This document shows, piece by piece, positions 42,580 through 54,924 of a stretch of 64,000 nucleotides of DNA. The notes beneath the pieces are model-generated. The model searched no databases. It worked only from the letters and a program-made list of their open reading frames with translations, and had not been told where the DNA came from. Both the position numbers and the translations under genes were made by a program. The number at the start of each line of letters is the position of its first letter. Position 1 is the stretch's first letter. The stretch comes from the human T2T-CHM13v2.0 reference genome, Homo sapiens, in the NCBI RefSeq assembly GCF_009914755.1, contig NC_060934.1, one strand, 5' to 3'.

Positions 42580-45500
42580 TTTTGTTTTGTTTTGCATCTT
42601 GTTTTTTTATTATTATACTTTAAGTTCTAGGATACCTGTGCAGAACGTGCAAGTTTGTTATATAGGTATACATGTGCCATGGTGGTTTGCTGCACCCATC
42701 AACTTGTCATCTACATTAGGTATTTCTCCTAGTGCTATCCCTCCCCTTGCCCTCCACCCCCTGACAGGCCCTGGTGTGTGACGTTCCCCTCCCTGTGTCC
42801 ATGTGTTATCATTGTTCAACTTCCACTTATGAATGAGAACATGTGGTTGTTTGGTTTACTGTTTCCTGTGTTAGTTTGCTGAGAATGATGGTTTCCAGCT
42901 TCATCTGTGTCCCTCCAAAAGACATGAATTCATTCTTTTTTATGGCTGCAGAGTATTCCATGGTGTATATGTGCCGCATTTTATTTAACCAGTCTAACAT
43001 TGATGGTCATTTGGGTTGGTTCCAAGTCTTTGCTATTGTGAATAGTGTTGCAATAAACATACGTGTGCATGTGTCTTTATAATAGAATGATTTATAATCC
43101 TTTGGGTCTATACCCAGTAATGGGATTGCTGGGTCAAATGGTATTTCTAGTTGTAGATCCTGGAGGAATCCCCACACTGTCTTCCACAATGGTTGAACTA
43201 ATTTACACTCCCATAAACAGTGTAAAGGCGTTCCTATTTCTTCACATCCGCTCCAGCATCTGTTATTTCCTGTCTTTTTAATGATCACCCTTGTAACTGG
43301 CGTGAGATGGCATCTCATTATGGTTTTGATTTGCATTTCTCTGATGGCCAGTGATGATGAGCATTTTTTCATGTGTTTGTTGGCCAGATAAATGTCTTCC
43401 TTTGGAAACTGTTTGTTCATATCCTTTGCCCACTTTTTGATGGGGTTGCTTTTTTCCTGTAAATTTAAGTTCCTTGTAGATTCTGGATATTAGTCCTTTG
43501 TCAGATGGATAGATTGCAAAAATTATCTCCCATTCTGTAGGGTGCCTATTCACTCTGATGATGGTTCCTTTTGCTGTGCAGAAGGTCTTTAGTTTAATTA
43601 AATCTTATTTGTCAATTTTGGATTTTGTTGCAATTACTTTTGGTGTTTTAGTTATGAAGTCTTTGCCCATGCCTATGTCCTGAATGGTATTGCCTAGGTT
43701 TTCTTCCAGGGTTTTTATGGTTTTAGGTCTTACATTTAAGTCTTTAATCCATCTTGACTTAATTTTTGTATAAGGTGTAAGGAAGGGGTCCAATTTCAGT
43801 TTTCTGCCTATGGCTAGCTGGTTTTCCCAACACCATTTATTAAATAGGGAATCCTTTCTCCATTGCTTGTGTTTGTCAAGTTTGTCAAAGAATAGATGGT
43901 TGTAGATGTGTGGTGTGATTTCTGAGGCCTCTGTGCTGTTCCATTGGTCTATATATCTGTTTTGGTACCAGTAGCATGCTGTTTTGGTTACTGTAGCCTT
44001 GTAGCATAGTTTGAAGTCAGGCAGCATGATGCCTCCAGCTTTGTTCTTTTTGCTTAGGATTGTCTTGTCTATACAAGCTCTTTTTTGGTTTCATATGAAA
44101 TTTAAAAGAAAGTCAATGGTAGCTTGATGGGAATAGCATTGAACCTATAAATTACTTTGGGCAGTATGGCCATTTTCACGATACTGATTCTTCCTGTCCA
44201 TGAGCATGGAATGTTTTCCCATCTGTTTGTGTCCTCTCTTGTTTCCTTGAGGAGTGGTTTGTAGTTCTCCTTGAAGAGGTCCTTCATATCCCTTGTAAGT
44301 TGGATTCCTAAGTATTTTATTCTCTTTGTAGCAATTGTGAATGGGAGTTTGCTCATGATTTGGCTCTCTGTTTGTCTATTACTGGTGTATAGGAATGCTT
44401 GTGATTTTTGCACATTGATTTTGTATCCTGAGACTTTGTTGAAGTTGCTTATCAGATTAAGGAATTTTTGGCTGAAATGATGGGGTTTTCTAGATACACA
44501 ATCTTGTCATCTGCAAATAGAGATAATTTGACTTTCTCTCTTTCTATTTGAATACGCTTTATTTCTTTCTCTTGCATGATTGCCCTGGCCACAACTTCCA
44601 ATACTATGTTGAATAGGAGTGGTGAGAGAGGGCATCCTTGTCTTTTGCCAGTTTTCAAAGGGAATGCTTCCAGCTTTTGCCCATTCAGTATGATATTGGC
44701 CATGGGTTTGTCATAAATAGCTCTTATTATTTTGAGATATGTTGCATCCATACCTACCTTATTGAGTGTTTTTTAGCATGAAGGGGTGTTGAATTTTATT
44801 GAAGCCCTTTTCTGCATCTATTGAGATAATCATGTGGTTTTTGTCATTGGTTCTGTTTATGTGATGGATTATGTTTATTGATTTGCATATGATGAGCCAG
44901 CCTTGCATCCCAGGGATGAAGCCGACTTGGTCGTGGTGGACAAGCGTTTTGATTAAGTGCTGGATTTGGTTTAGCAGTATTTTATTGAGGATTTTCGCAT
45001 CAATATTCTTCAGAGATATTGGCCTGAAATTTTCTTTTTTTGTTGTTGTGTCTCTGCTAGGTTTTGGTATCAGAATGATGCTGGCCTCATAAAATGAATT
45101 ATGGAGGATTCCCTCTCTTTCTATTGTTTGGAATAGTTTCAGAAGGAATGGTACCAGCTCCTGTTTATATCTCTGGTAGAATTCGGCTGTGAATCCATCT
45201 GGTCCTGGGCTTTTTTGGTTGGTAGGCTATTAATTACTGCCTCAATTTCAGAACTTATTATTGGTCTATTCAGGGATTTGACTTCTTCCTGGTTTAGTCT
45301 TGGGAGGGTGTATGTGTCCATGAATTTATAAATTTCTTCTAGATTTTCTAGTTTAATTGTGTAGGGGTGTTTATAGTATTCTCTGATGGTCATTTGTATT
45401 TTTGTGGGATCAGTGGTAATACCCCTTTATCATTTTTTATTGTATCTATTTGATTCTTCTATCTTTTCTTCTTTATAGTCTGGCTAGCGGTCTATCTATT

Positions 45501-47312
45501 TTGTTAACCTTTTAAAAAAAACTAGCTCCTGGATTTACTGATTTTTCGAAGTGTTTTTCGTGTCCCTGTCTCCTTCAGTTCTGCTCTGATCTTAGTTATT
45601 TCTTATCTTCTGCTAGGTTTTGAATTTGTTTGCTCTTGTTTCTCTAGTGCTTTTAATAGTAATGTTAGGGCGTCGATTTTAGATCTTTCCCTGGGCATTT
45701 AGTGCTATAAATTTCCCTCTAAACACTGCTTTAGCTGTGTCCCAGAGATTCTGGTACGTTGTGTCTTTGTTCTCATTGGTTTTAAAGAACTTATTCATTT
45801 CTGCCTTCATTTTGTTATTTACCCAGTAGTCATTCAGGAGCAGGTTGTTCAGTTTCCATGTAGTTGTGCGGTTTTGAGTGAGTTTGTTAATCCTGAAGTC
45901 TAATTTGATTGCACTGTGGTCTGAGAAACTGTTTGTTATGATTTCTTTTCTTTTGCTTGTGCTGAGGAGTGTTTTACTTGCAATTATGTGGTCGATTTTA
46001 GAATAAGTGCTATGTGGTACTGAGAAGAATGTATATTCCGTTGATTTGGGATGGAGTGTTCTATAGATGTCTATTAGGTCTGCTTGGTGCAGAGCTGAGT
46101 TCAAGTCCTGAATATTCTTGTTAATTTTCTGTCTTATTGCTTTATCTAATATTGACAGTGGGGTGTTAAAGTCTCCCACTATTATTGTGTGGGAGTCTAA
46201 ATCTCTTTGTATGTCTCTCAAAACTTGCTTTATGAATCTGGGTGCTCCTGTATTTGGTGCATATATATTTAGGATAGTTAGCTCTTCTTGTTGCATTGAT
46301 CCCTTTACCATTATGTGATGACCTTCTTTGTCTTTTTTGATCTTTGTGGGTTTAAAGTTTAAAGTCTGTTTTATCAGAGAGTAGGATTGCAACCCCTGCT
46401 TTTTTTTTTTTTTTTTTTTGCTTTCCATTTGCTTAGTAAATCTTTCTTTATCCCTTTATTTTTAGCCTGTGTCTTTGCATGTGAAACAAGTCTCCTGAAT
46501 ACAGCACATCGATGGGTCTTTACTCTTTATCCAATTGGCCAGTCTGTGCCTTTTACATTTAAGGTTAATATTGTTATGTGTGAATTTGATCCTGTCATCA
46601 TGATGCTAGCTGGTTATTTTGCCCATTAGTTGATGCAGTTTCTTCATAATGTCGATGGTCTTTACATTTTGGTTTGTTTTTGCAGTGGCTGGTACCAGTT
46701 TTTCTTATCCATATTTAGTGCTTCCTTTAGGAGCTCTTGTAAGGGAGGGCTGGTGGTGATGAAATCCCTCAACATTTGCTTTTCTGTAAAGGATTTTATT
46801 TCTCCTTCACTTGTGAAGCTTAGTTTGGCTGTATATGAAATTCTGGGTTGAAAATTCTTTTCTTTAAGAATGTTGAATGTTGGCCCCCACTCCCTTCTGG
46901 CTTGTAGGGTTTCTGCAGAGAGATCCGCTGTTAGTCTGATGGGCTTCCCTTTGAGGGTAACCTGACATTTCTCTCTGACTGCCCTTAACATTTTTTCCTT
47001 TATTTCAACCTTGGTGAATCTGACGATTATGTGTCTTGGGGTTGCTCTTCTCGAGGAGTATTTTTGTCGTATTCTCTGTATTTCCTCAATTTGGATGTTA
47101 GCCTGTCTTGCTAGGTAGGGGAAGTTCTCTTGGATAATATCCTGGAGTGTGTTTTCCAACTTGGTTCCATTCTTCCCGTCACATTCAGGTACACCAATCA
47201 AACGTAGGTTTGGTCTTTTCCCATAGTCCCATATTTCTTAGAGGCTTTGTTCATTCCTTTTCTTTCTTTTTTCTCTAATCTTGTCTTCACACTTTATTTC
47301 ATTAAATTGATC
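42580..47312 (-). mobile_element. 5'-truncated L1PA (about PA7/PA8 age): ORF1 C-terminal half, disrupted ORF2 and 3'UTR
   Basis: ORF1 fragment 46662-47201; endonuclease-region ORF 45679-46428 ([20 protein letters not shown]); RT fragment ([15 protein letters not shown]); multiple frameshifts and small deletions. Confidence 0.96.
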
Positions 47313-47780
47313 TGAGGTCAATAGGCTTTTAGCCTAAGCTTTTATATTTATCTAGCTAGAAGTTGAGCTGTGTCTACTGTTTGCTGTAGTTGTAGGTCGG
47401 AGAAAGTAAAATTTCCTCTGTTGTCTTTATTATTGTGTCCTTTTTTGTCTTTGGGTTTCCCTAGAAACTGCTTCTTAAATAGGATTTGAGGTTTCCAGTT
47501 CTTTTAGCTATAATCTCAGTTATCATACAGGAACCTGATTGATGTGTTGGCAAGGTGTGGGGGCAGAAAGAACATTCTATAATTCTACGATTAGGTCTCA
47601 GTCTTTTGGTAAGCCTGTTTCTCTATGCTGTGACCTTCACAAGTGCTTCTCAGCCTTCTACACGTCTTCCCCTTTTAGGAGAGTTAGGAAGAGTAGAAGG
47701 GGCTGGGGTTGGGAGTTTTCCATTGCTGACCTTGACAGATAGAGGGGGCTGGAGTTGGGAATTTCTGGTGAAAGCCATAT
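47313..47780 (-). mobile_element. L1MC-type 5'-region fragment
   Basis: GAGGTCAATAGGCTTTTAG, CTGTTTGCTGTAG, CTACGATTAGGTCTCAGTCTTTT and repeated GGGGCTGG(A/G)GTTGGGA. Confidence 0.65.
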
Positions 47781-49039
47781 TGATTAGAGTCTAATCAATG
47801 TGGGGGAGAAGGTAGAACCAGAAAAGAGAAAAGGTCCCATTTATTATCCTGTTCCATAATCATACACCAACACTGACTAAGACCTGGTAATTTCTCCTGC
47901 TAAATATTTTTAAATATTTTACACCAGTACATACTATTTCTTCCATTCTAGTTGGAATCAGCAAGATCTCTACCTGTTTCTTGTAATAATCTCTTTTTGA
48001 AAAATTAATTATTTTCATTTATTTTCAGAATTAAAGAGTTTTAAGGAGCTGTCAACTTCTTCACCTGAACTCTTAAAATTAATCTTTGTTTTCTGGAAGT
48101 TTACTTTGGGTAGGGAAATTCTGACATGGAATATGATCAAGATTAAGCCACCATGAAAGTACAGAAGAACTGAAAGCATTGCATTTTAATTCAATGTATA
48201 CAGAAGCTTAATTTAGTTGATGCTACAATTTGCAGGTCATATTATATAACAGCCTTTTGGGCCATGAAAGATCCTTTTGGACAATAGAAATGAAGTATTT
48301 GGTCCTTTATTGCCAATGGAGGTATATATCATTCATTTGGTTATGAACATTTTACCTTCCCGTAACTTCTTTGCAATAGTTTCCTCATGTGTCTTTTCAC
48401 ATCATCTCTTGTTCTTCCCCAGTCCAGAACACACAGTCACAGAGATCATTTAAAAAGCAGCCTGTATCCTGGAGTGTCTTCCTGTTGATGTTAGTATATA
48501 GACAGAAATCATTAAAGCATCACACACGTGCTGCATGAACTGGCTCCTGTCTCTTCTCCAGCCTGGTGTTGAGAGGTCCATGTTCTCCTTGGCAAACTAC
48601 GGGCCCACTTGCATCTGTTTTGCTGCACACCTTTCCATAGGCTGCTCCTAGCCCATTGGTCTGGTGAGCTCTTACAAATCCTTTAGTGTATTTGGGAAAC
48701 GTTACCCTAACTTTACCTACACCTCAATGGTCTTCTTCCCACATGAGAATAAGTCTGTGTTATCAATTTTTTATATGTTCCTCTATCCATAGAATATATA
48801 ATATACTTTATAGAACTCTACTTACTTATATGATGTCTATTACCTCTAGTTTGTCACTTTCATGAGGGCAAAGGTACTGTCTGTTACCACTGTGTCTCCA
48901 GTGCCAAGTCTGTGAGAGAACACAGTATACATTTATTTAAAGAATGACACTATAAATAAATTATAAGAGCAATGCTACAAGGAATATTTGCATTGCATAG
49001 GCTCGAAGTTTTTAAGCTAAAAGGCAGACTTAGGCAACA

Positions 49040-49520
49040 GACATTTTAAAAATAATTGAGGTGAAATTCACATAACATACAATTAGCCATTTAAATTGTA
49101 CAATTCTAGGGCAATTGTATACTTTAAATTCCAATTGTACACTTCAAATTCCATTTAAAGTGTACAATTTCAGGGACTGCACTCACAATGTTGTGCAACC
49201 ACCATCACTGTCTAGTTCCAAAATTATTTCATCACCTCCCAAGAACACCTCATACCCATTATGTTATTCTTTTTTTTTTCCATTATGTTATTCTTACCCA
49301 TTATCCCCTTTGACCCATAATATGACAACCACTGATCTGCTTTCTTTTTCTATAGATGTGCCTGTTTTGGATATTTCATATAATAAGATTCATGCAATAT
49401 ATGTCTTTTGCATCTGGCTTCATTTACTTAGTATAATGTTTTTGAGGATCAGACAACTTGTAATATGTTTCAATGCTTCATTTCTTTTTATTGCCAAATA
49501 GTATTCCATTGTGTGTGTGT
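49040..49520 (-). mobile_element. L1MB 3' end
   Basis: TTGAGGTGAAATTCACATAACA, CACAATGTTGTGCAACCACCA, CCTGTTTTGGATATTTCATA, ATAGTATTCCATTGT. Confidence 0.85.
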
Positions 49521-49537
49521 TCTGTATACATATATGT

Positions 49538-50103
49538 AATAATCAAGGACCTGGGAACTCCAACAAGGGAGCAAATTAGAGAAGTGAACCCAAACTACAC
49601 AGAATTTAAATTCCCTCAAATTAAGACACATCCTTGGACTATAGTCTTCTGACCCTGAACTCCACTGGAAGCAATTGCACTGTGTAGCCGTCTGCTGGAG
49701 TATACATCAACTCTCGACTGGCACCACTGGAAGTTTGTGCACATTCGTTTTTTCATGAATTACAGGATCCAAATGTCAAACTACCAAATGGGTGAGACAC
49801 ACCTCCACTGTTCAACTTCACCACTCAAGAACTGCCAACTAATCTACCTCTGGCTACCATCCTTATGCCTCCTCATGCTTGGATTCAAGCAGCTGTTTCA
49901 ATCCCCACAAATGCCACAGCAGCCACCGATGCTAGTGCTGGAGACCGTGAACAGACCAATAATGCTGTTTCTGCATCATCTTCCAACTTTACCTGAACAG
50001 TCCCCAGAAGCCAGCTGCACAGGAAAAGCCACCAGTTACTTGAGTCACTCAGCAACACTGGTCACTTTTGGAAAGAATATTAAAAAGAGAAAAAAAATCT
50101 GTT
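49538..50103 (+). pseudogene. GSK3B: Processed (retro)pseudogene of glycogen synthase kinase-3 beta; 5'-truncated, covering about residues 269-420 plus about 105 nt of 3'UTR
   Basis: Manual translation from 49539 gives [54 protein letters not shown]; after a 1-bp deletion near 49713 it continues [36 protein letters not shown]...[14 protein letters not shown] (stop 49994-49996). It is intronless, and the TGA stops at 49650, 49656 and 49793 replace Arg codons. The symbol names the parent gene, not this locus. Confidence 0.96.
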
Positions 50104-50118
50104 AAAAATATATGTGTG

Positions 50119-50156
<38 letters not shown>

Positions 50157-50448
50157 CATACACACAATGGAATATTATACATATATTTATATATTGTGAT
50201 TTATAAAAATTTCTTTTATTTTCTCTTATTAAAAAGAGAAAAATCTGTTAAAAATATATATGTGTATATATATGTATATATATGTATATATATACACATA
50301 CACACAATGGAATATTATACATATATTTATATATTGTGATATATAAAAATTTATCCATCAGACTATATATATATGCAATGGAATATTATATATTATATAT
50401 ATTTACATTTAGTGTATATATAATATATAATACTTTATCCATCAGACT
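50078..50448. repeat. Imperfect ~140-bp tandem duplication with (TA)n/(TATG)n tracts
   Basis: TATTAAAAAGAGAAAA..TCTGTTAAAAATATAT...CACACAATGGAATATTATACATATATTTATATATTGTGAT at 50078-50212 and 50227-50352; partial third copy to 50448. Confidence 0.9.
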
Positions 50449-50721
50449 TAATTTTAAGGGCAGAAATCTTGCCTTAGTCCACCTGAAAGAAATAATATAT
50501 CCTAACAAAGATAACTTGGAACTAGCCCGCCTAAAAAGTAAGAGTTTACCCCTTTATTGAAATAATATAGGTGACCTCCTTATCAGAAAAAAACAGGTGA
50601 AATTATTGACTCTTAAATTCTATTGGTTCTTCTTGTGGAAATATTCTGCTCAACTTATTTAAACGGCAAATATCCAGTTCAACGTGGTTTGATGGATGTT
50701 GTAACACCATAATACTCTAGG

Positions 50722-50877
50722 ACAGGGATTGACACGCTGTGCCTTGGGAGTCAAATCCATGGCTGCTTTCATATGAAAACAGCAGAATTGTGTAGCTATG
50801 ACTGAGACTGGGTGGCTCACGATGTCTGAAATACTTCCTCTCTAACCATGTACAGTAAGAGCTTGGTGATCTCTGCT
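50722..50877. mobile_element. MER58-like fragment with internal deletion
   Basis: CAGGGATTGACA..TCAAATCC...CAGCAGAATTGTGTAGCT...TCTGAAATACTT. Confidence 0.55.
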
Positions 50878-52749
50878 CTAGAATAATGAAATCAGTGAGG
50901 AATTTCTTTTCTGCAGGATTGCATTGATTTGGATATCTTCAAAGGAAATGTTCAACTTAATCGAACTTGGAAGCTTTTCCCCACCAAACTCTAGAATATA
51001 AGAATAAATGTAGTTTTCTCTGTTGGTTGGGAGTTTCTTGTTAATAAAAAGAAAGGACCTTAGAATTTCAATCTGGAGGGAACATCTAAGACACTGTAAG
51101 ATAACATTATACCTTTTGGGATGTGTTGAAAGGCAGAAATCAGAAGAATGTGAGTTTTGCTAGAATAATTTCTCAACTGAAATATTAAAAAAATCTGTGC
51201 CATAGATATCTACATAAGGTTCAGAATTATGATTTTCAATTTAGGAGAAAAAAACTAGATGCTTCTGTGAATAAAAATATTTCACAGTTTGGTTATGCAT
51301 CAATGTCTTTGAATGACTATTGGCTTTTCTATCTTACTTCCTTCTCCTGACCATTTTTGAGGGAAAGGTTCTGAAATAAAAGGCCTATTTGTTTCCATTT
51401 TTGTTCAATTACTTTTCAACACATTGTCTAAATGTCATCCATGTAGATGTAGGGAGTAAATAGTCCTCATCTGTTCTTCTGCTTGGGTAGAAGTGCCCTC
51501 TCATTACCTTTTCAAGATTATGTTGTCTCTTAAGAAAATATGTTTCAATTGCAGAAAGCAGCTGATATAATATTTTTGAAGAAATTTTCTTTAAGACTAT
51601 AAGATTGAGATAGGATGACAATTGAACTTCTGTTCTAACTGAATTGGGTCTGCAAAACAATAAAAATAGTTTTCAGAATCTTTAACTTTACAAAGCCAGA
51701 CTCATAAAACCAACAAGAGGAATCGTGACATTTCTGTCATGCCATACTAAGGACTTAATCTTCAACCAGGACTAAACATTTGGTTGTATTGTTTGTTCAG
51801 AGACTTCCGTATGAGTAGGAGACAATGCCATATGGTCATCACAGCTATGTGGCCATAGCAACTACATGATTATTTGAATAATTCCCTTTTCCGTTTAATT
51901 TTTCTTCCTCTACAACTGAGTGCCATTTTACAGGCAACTCTCAATTTGCAGCAGATGGTTGTACAGTTTGTGAATTTTTCATGCTTCTTCCATTTTGTCG
52001 TTCCTTCCTTGCATGTCCCTTGCTCCCTTTAGTAAAAGTCGATCATCAAAAATCAGGAAAATCAAATCACATTAATTGCTATCTTAAAAAAAAAAACTCT
52101 TGCAAGAAAAACAGAATATTGACCTCGATTACTGTGACCACTGTGACTGTCTATGCTACTGCAAATGTAAAGGTTATCAATAATTGACTGTAAGTTTCCT
52201 ATACGTACCTAAGGAGCAAATGTATTATGACAAAGATGAATTTGGCATATGTATATTTCTGTTTTTCCTTACAATGAATTCAAAATCACATTGCTACTTT
52301 TATGAAGTTTACAGACAGTCTGACAAATTTTAGACTTGAAAAGTAAAATGATATTGACATTAGATTTTTGAAACTGAATCTCTTTTAACATCCTTTAGGT
52401 GTGTTGGAGTTTAGAAATGATTGAGCTGTAATACTTTTCCAGAGTATTGCTCCTACAGTCAATTTCGAGTTCCTTAAGCCCTATTGATTTCATGTGGCTG
52501 CCTGGTCATCCTCATCCTGCAGTCTATGACTTGAGTCGCTTCTTTCTCACTATCTAGGACTTTGTTCTTCCTTTATAAGCTGCCTCTGACTTCTGTAGTC
52601 ACTCTGGGTTTCCTAACCAATATCATACTTTGATCATGGTATGGATGTAATATTATTTTTTGAGTAATTTCTGTGTTTCCTCTTAGTAAATGATGATTTC
52701 ATTATTATCATTATAATCCACTGAAATATCTATTTTCAAGTGTTGGTTC

Positions 52750-53228
52750 AAACAGGACTGTTCCAGTTGCAAGCAACAGAAACAAACTTGGCAAACCTAA
52801 AAAAAAAAAAAAAGAAAGAAAGAAACTTAAGAGCAGAATAAAGAAAATCTCAAAGCTGACAAATTGATGGAAAGTTTGAAGAACTGGGTCTGGCAATGTA
52901 TGGAGACTAGAAGAGCTAGTAGCAGCAACTATAAATTAGACCAGGTAGGAACAGTATGCCCTGGTCACCACAGCTGTAATAAATAAGTTTTGACCAGCTC
53001 CAGTCTTTTCTTAACACTTCTCAAGATTCAAAATACAGGGATAGAGTATCATGTTGTGGATTTAAATTCCCACCCTTTGTCTAAGGGGTGGCAAGATACA
53101 TTGATTAAAATTCCTTCTGACAATATCAAAATACAGAAGAAATAACTCCACAAAAGGAAATTCAGTTGTTATTATCAAAGAAAGTGAAATGACTGTGAGT
53201 AGCTAGAACCCAATAAATATGCAGTACA
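52750..53228 (-). mobile_element. Old MLT1 (K/L/N-like) LTR
   Basis: CAGGACTGTTCCAGTTGCAAGCAACAGAAAC start motif. Confidence 0.6.
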
Positions 53229-53542
53229 ATATCTGTACTTGAAAAATCATAATAGTTTAAAAGTTTTTTAACTTTCTTCTAAATTGTGACTTTGGCACTC
53301 TGGACAGGTTTTAGAACTTACCTAATGTTACTGATTTTATAATTACATGATTTTTTTCACTTTTACACATTTGGAAGTGTTCAAAATAATTAAATTTAGG
53401 TGGGTGTAGTTTTTATACAAAATATTTTTTAATCCTCTATTTTAAATAAAGGATTATAGTACTTTTAGTTATAAATGCTGATAATCAAAATTGCCAAGAA
53501 TGTATTAATAGAAAATGATGTTATTTTAAGAGAAATTTCTAG

Positions 53543-53911
<369 letters not shown>

Positions 53912-54096
53912 CAGTTCTATATGTTTTCTATTTATTCAGTCTTTCTTTTGGGGCTACAAGAAAATGTGATCAGAAAAATGATTATACATTAAATTCATCA
54001 TAATTGCTTAGAAAAGAAAGGTAGAAAATCATGACTATTGAGAGTCACTTATCCAAAGAATAAAAGTAGGGTAATGTCCTATACTCGAAAAATTAT

Positions 54097-54150
54097 TCAT
54101 TTATTTTTTTGAGACAGGGTCTCACTCTGTCACCCAGGCTGGAGTGCTGT
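54097..54150 (-). mobile_element. Short Alu 3' fragment
   Basis: TTTTGAGACAGGGTCTCACTCTGTCACCCAGGCTGGAGTGC. Confidence 0.8.
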
Positions 54151-54179
54151 GCTTTACCAGTTAGCAAGAGAGAGGTTTA

Positions 54180-54400
54180 CTGTTCAGCATTCAAAAGTAT
54201 AGTCTTCTGAGCCAATATATCAGGGTTCAAATCCTGGCTCTGATAACCAGCAGACCCATTAGGGTCACCTTGGGATATTTATTCAATTTTTCTGTGCCCC
54301 AGTTTATTCACATGTAAAATGAGGATAGTAATAGCAACCCATCTCACGTGATAGTGGTGTAAATTAAATACATTAACTTGATACAGTCTTGAGAGTTTCC
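54180..54400 (+). mobile_element. MIR
   Basis: GGGTTCAAATCCTGGCTCTG and CTGTGCCCCAGTTTATTCACATGTAAAATGAGGATA. Confidence 0.8.
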
Positions 54401-54429
54401 TTTCTATATCTTGAATTTGACTAGTAATT

Positions 54430-54705
54430 TTTTGCTTTTTTGAGACAGAGTCTCCCTCTGTCACCCAGGTTGGAGTGCAGTGGCACGATCTCGGCACACT
54501 GCAAGCTCCGCCTCCCGGGTTACGCCATTCTCCTGCCTCAGCCTCCTGAGTAGCTGGGACTACAGGCATCCACCACCACGCCTGGCTAATTTTTTGTATT
54601 TTTAGTAGAGACAGGGCTTCACTGTGTTAGCCAGGATGGTTTCGATCTCCTGACCTAGTGATCCATCTGCCTCGGCCTCCCAAAGTGCTGCGATTACAGG
54701 CTTGA
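54430..54705 (-). mobile_element. AluY-like, slightly 5'-truncated
   Basis: CTGCAAGCTCCGCCTCCCGGG and GTGTTAGCCAGGATGG; TTGACTAGTA repeated at both ends. Confidence 0.9.
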
Positions 54706-54924
54706 CTAGTATTTTTTATTAGTCCTTTAGACCATTTTTGTAAATTGTCCAGAATTCCTAGTTGCTTATAGTGAAAAGAGTAATTCAGGTCATCTCAGTC
54801 TGTATTGTTACTGATGCACCTTGATACTATTTCGTTGAAGAATTCTCTGTCCACCATGCTGTGAGCCACCACTCAAGCACCAACTCTACTTTCTGTTAAC
54901 ATTTTCTATTTTTTTCCTGTCAGC

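Noticed and set aside
45679-47201. 249-aa and 179-aa ORFs as an active L1
   Set aside because: The element has no 5'UTR or ORF1 start, and ORF2 is broken into many pieces.
49737-50105. 122-aa ORF as a novel protein
   Set aside because: It is an alternative-frame reading of the GSK3B retrocopy with a non-ATG (GTG) start; no evidence of expression.
48029-50990. Plus-strand acceptor-like sites near 48028 and 50917 as exons
   Set aside because: Matching donors are weak or absent and the peptides are unrecognisable; expected by chance in AT-rich DNA.
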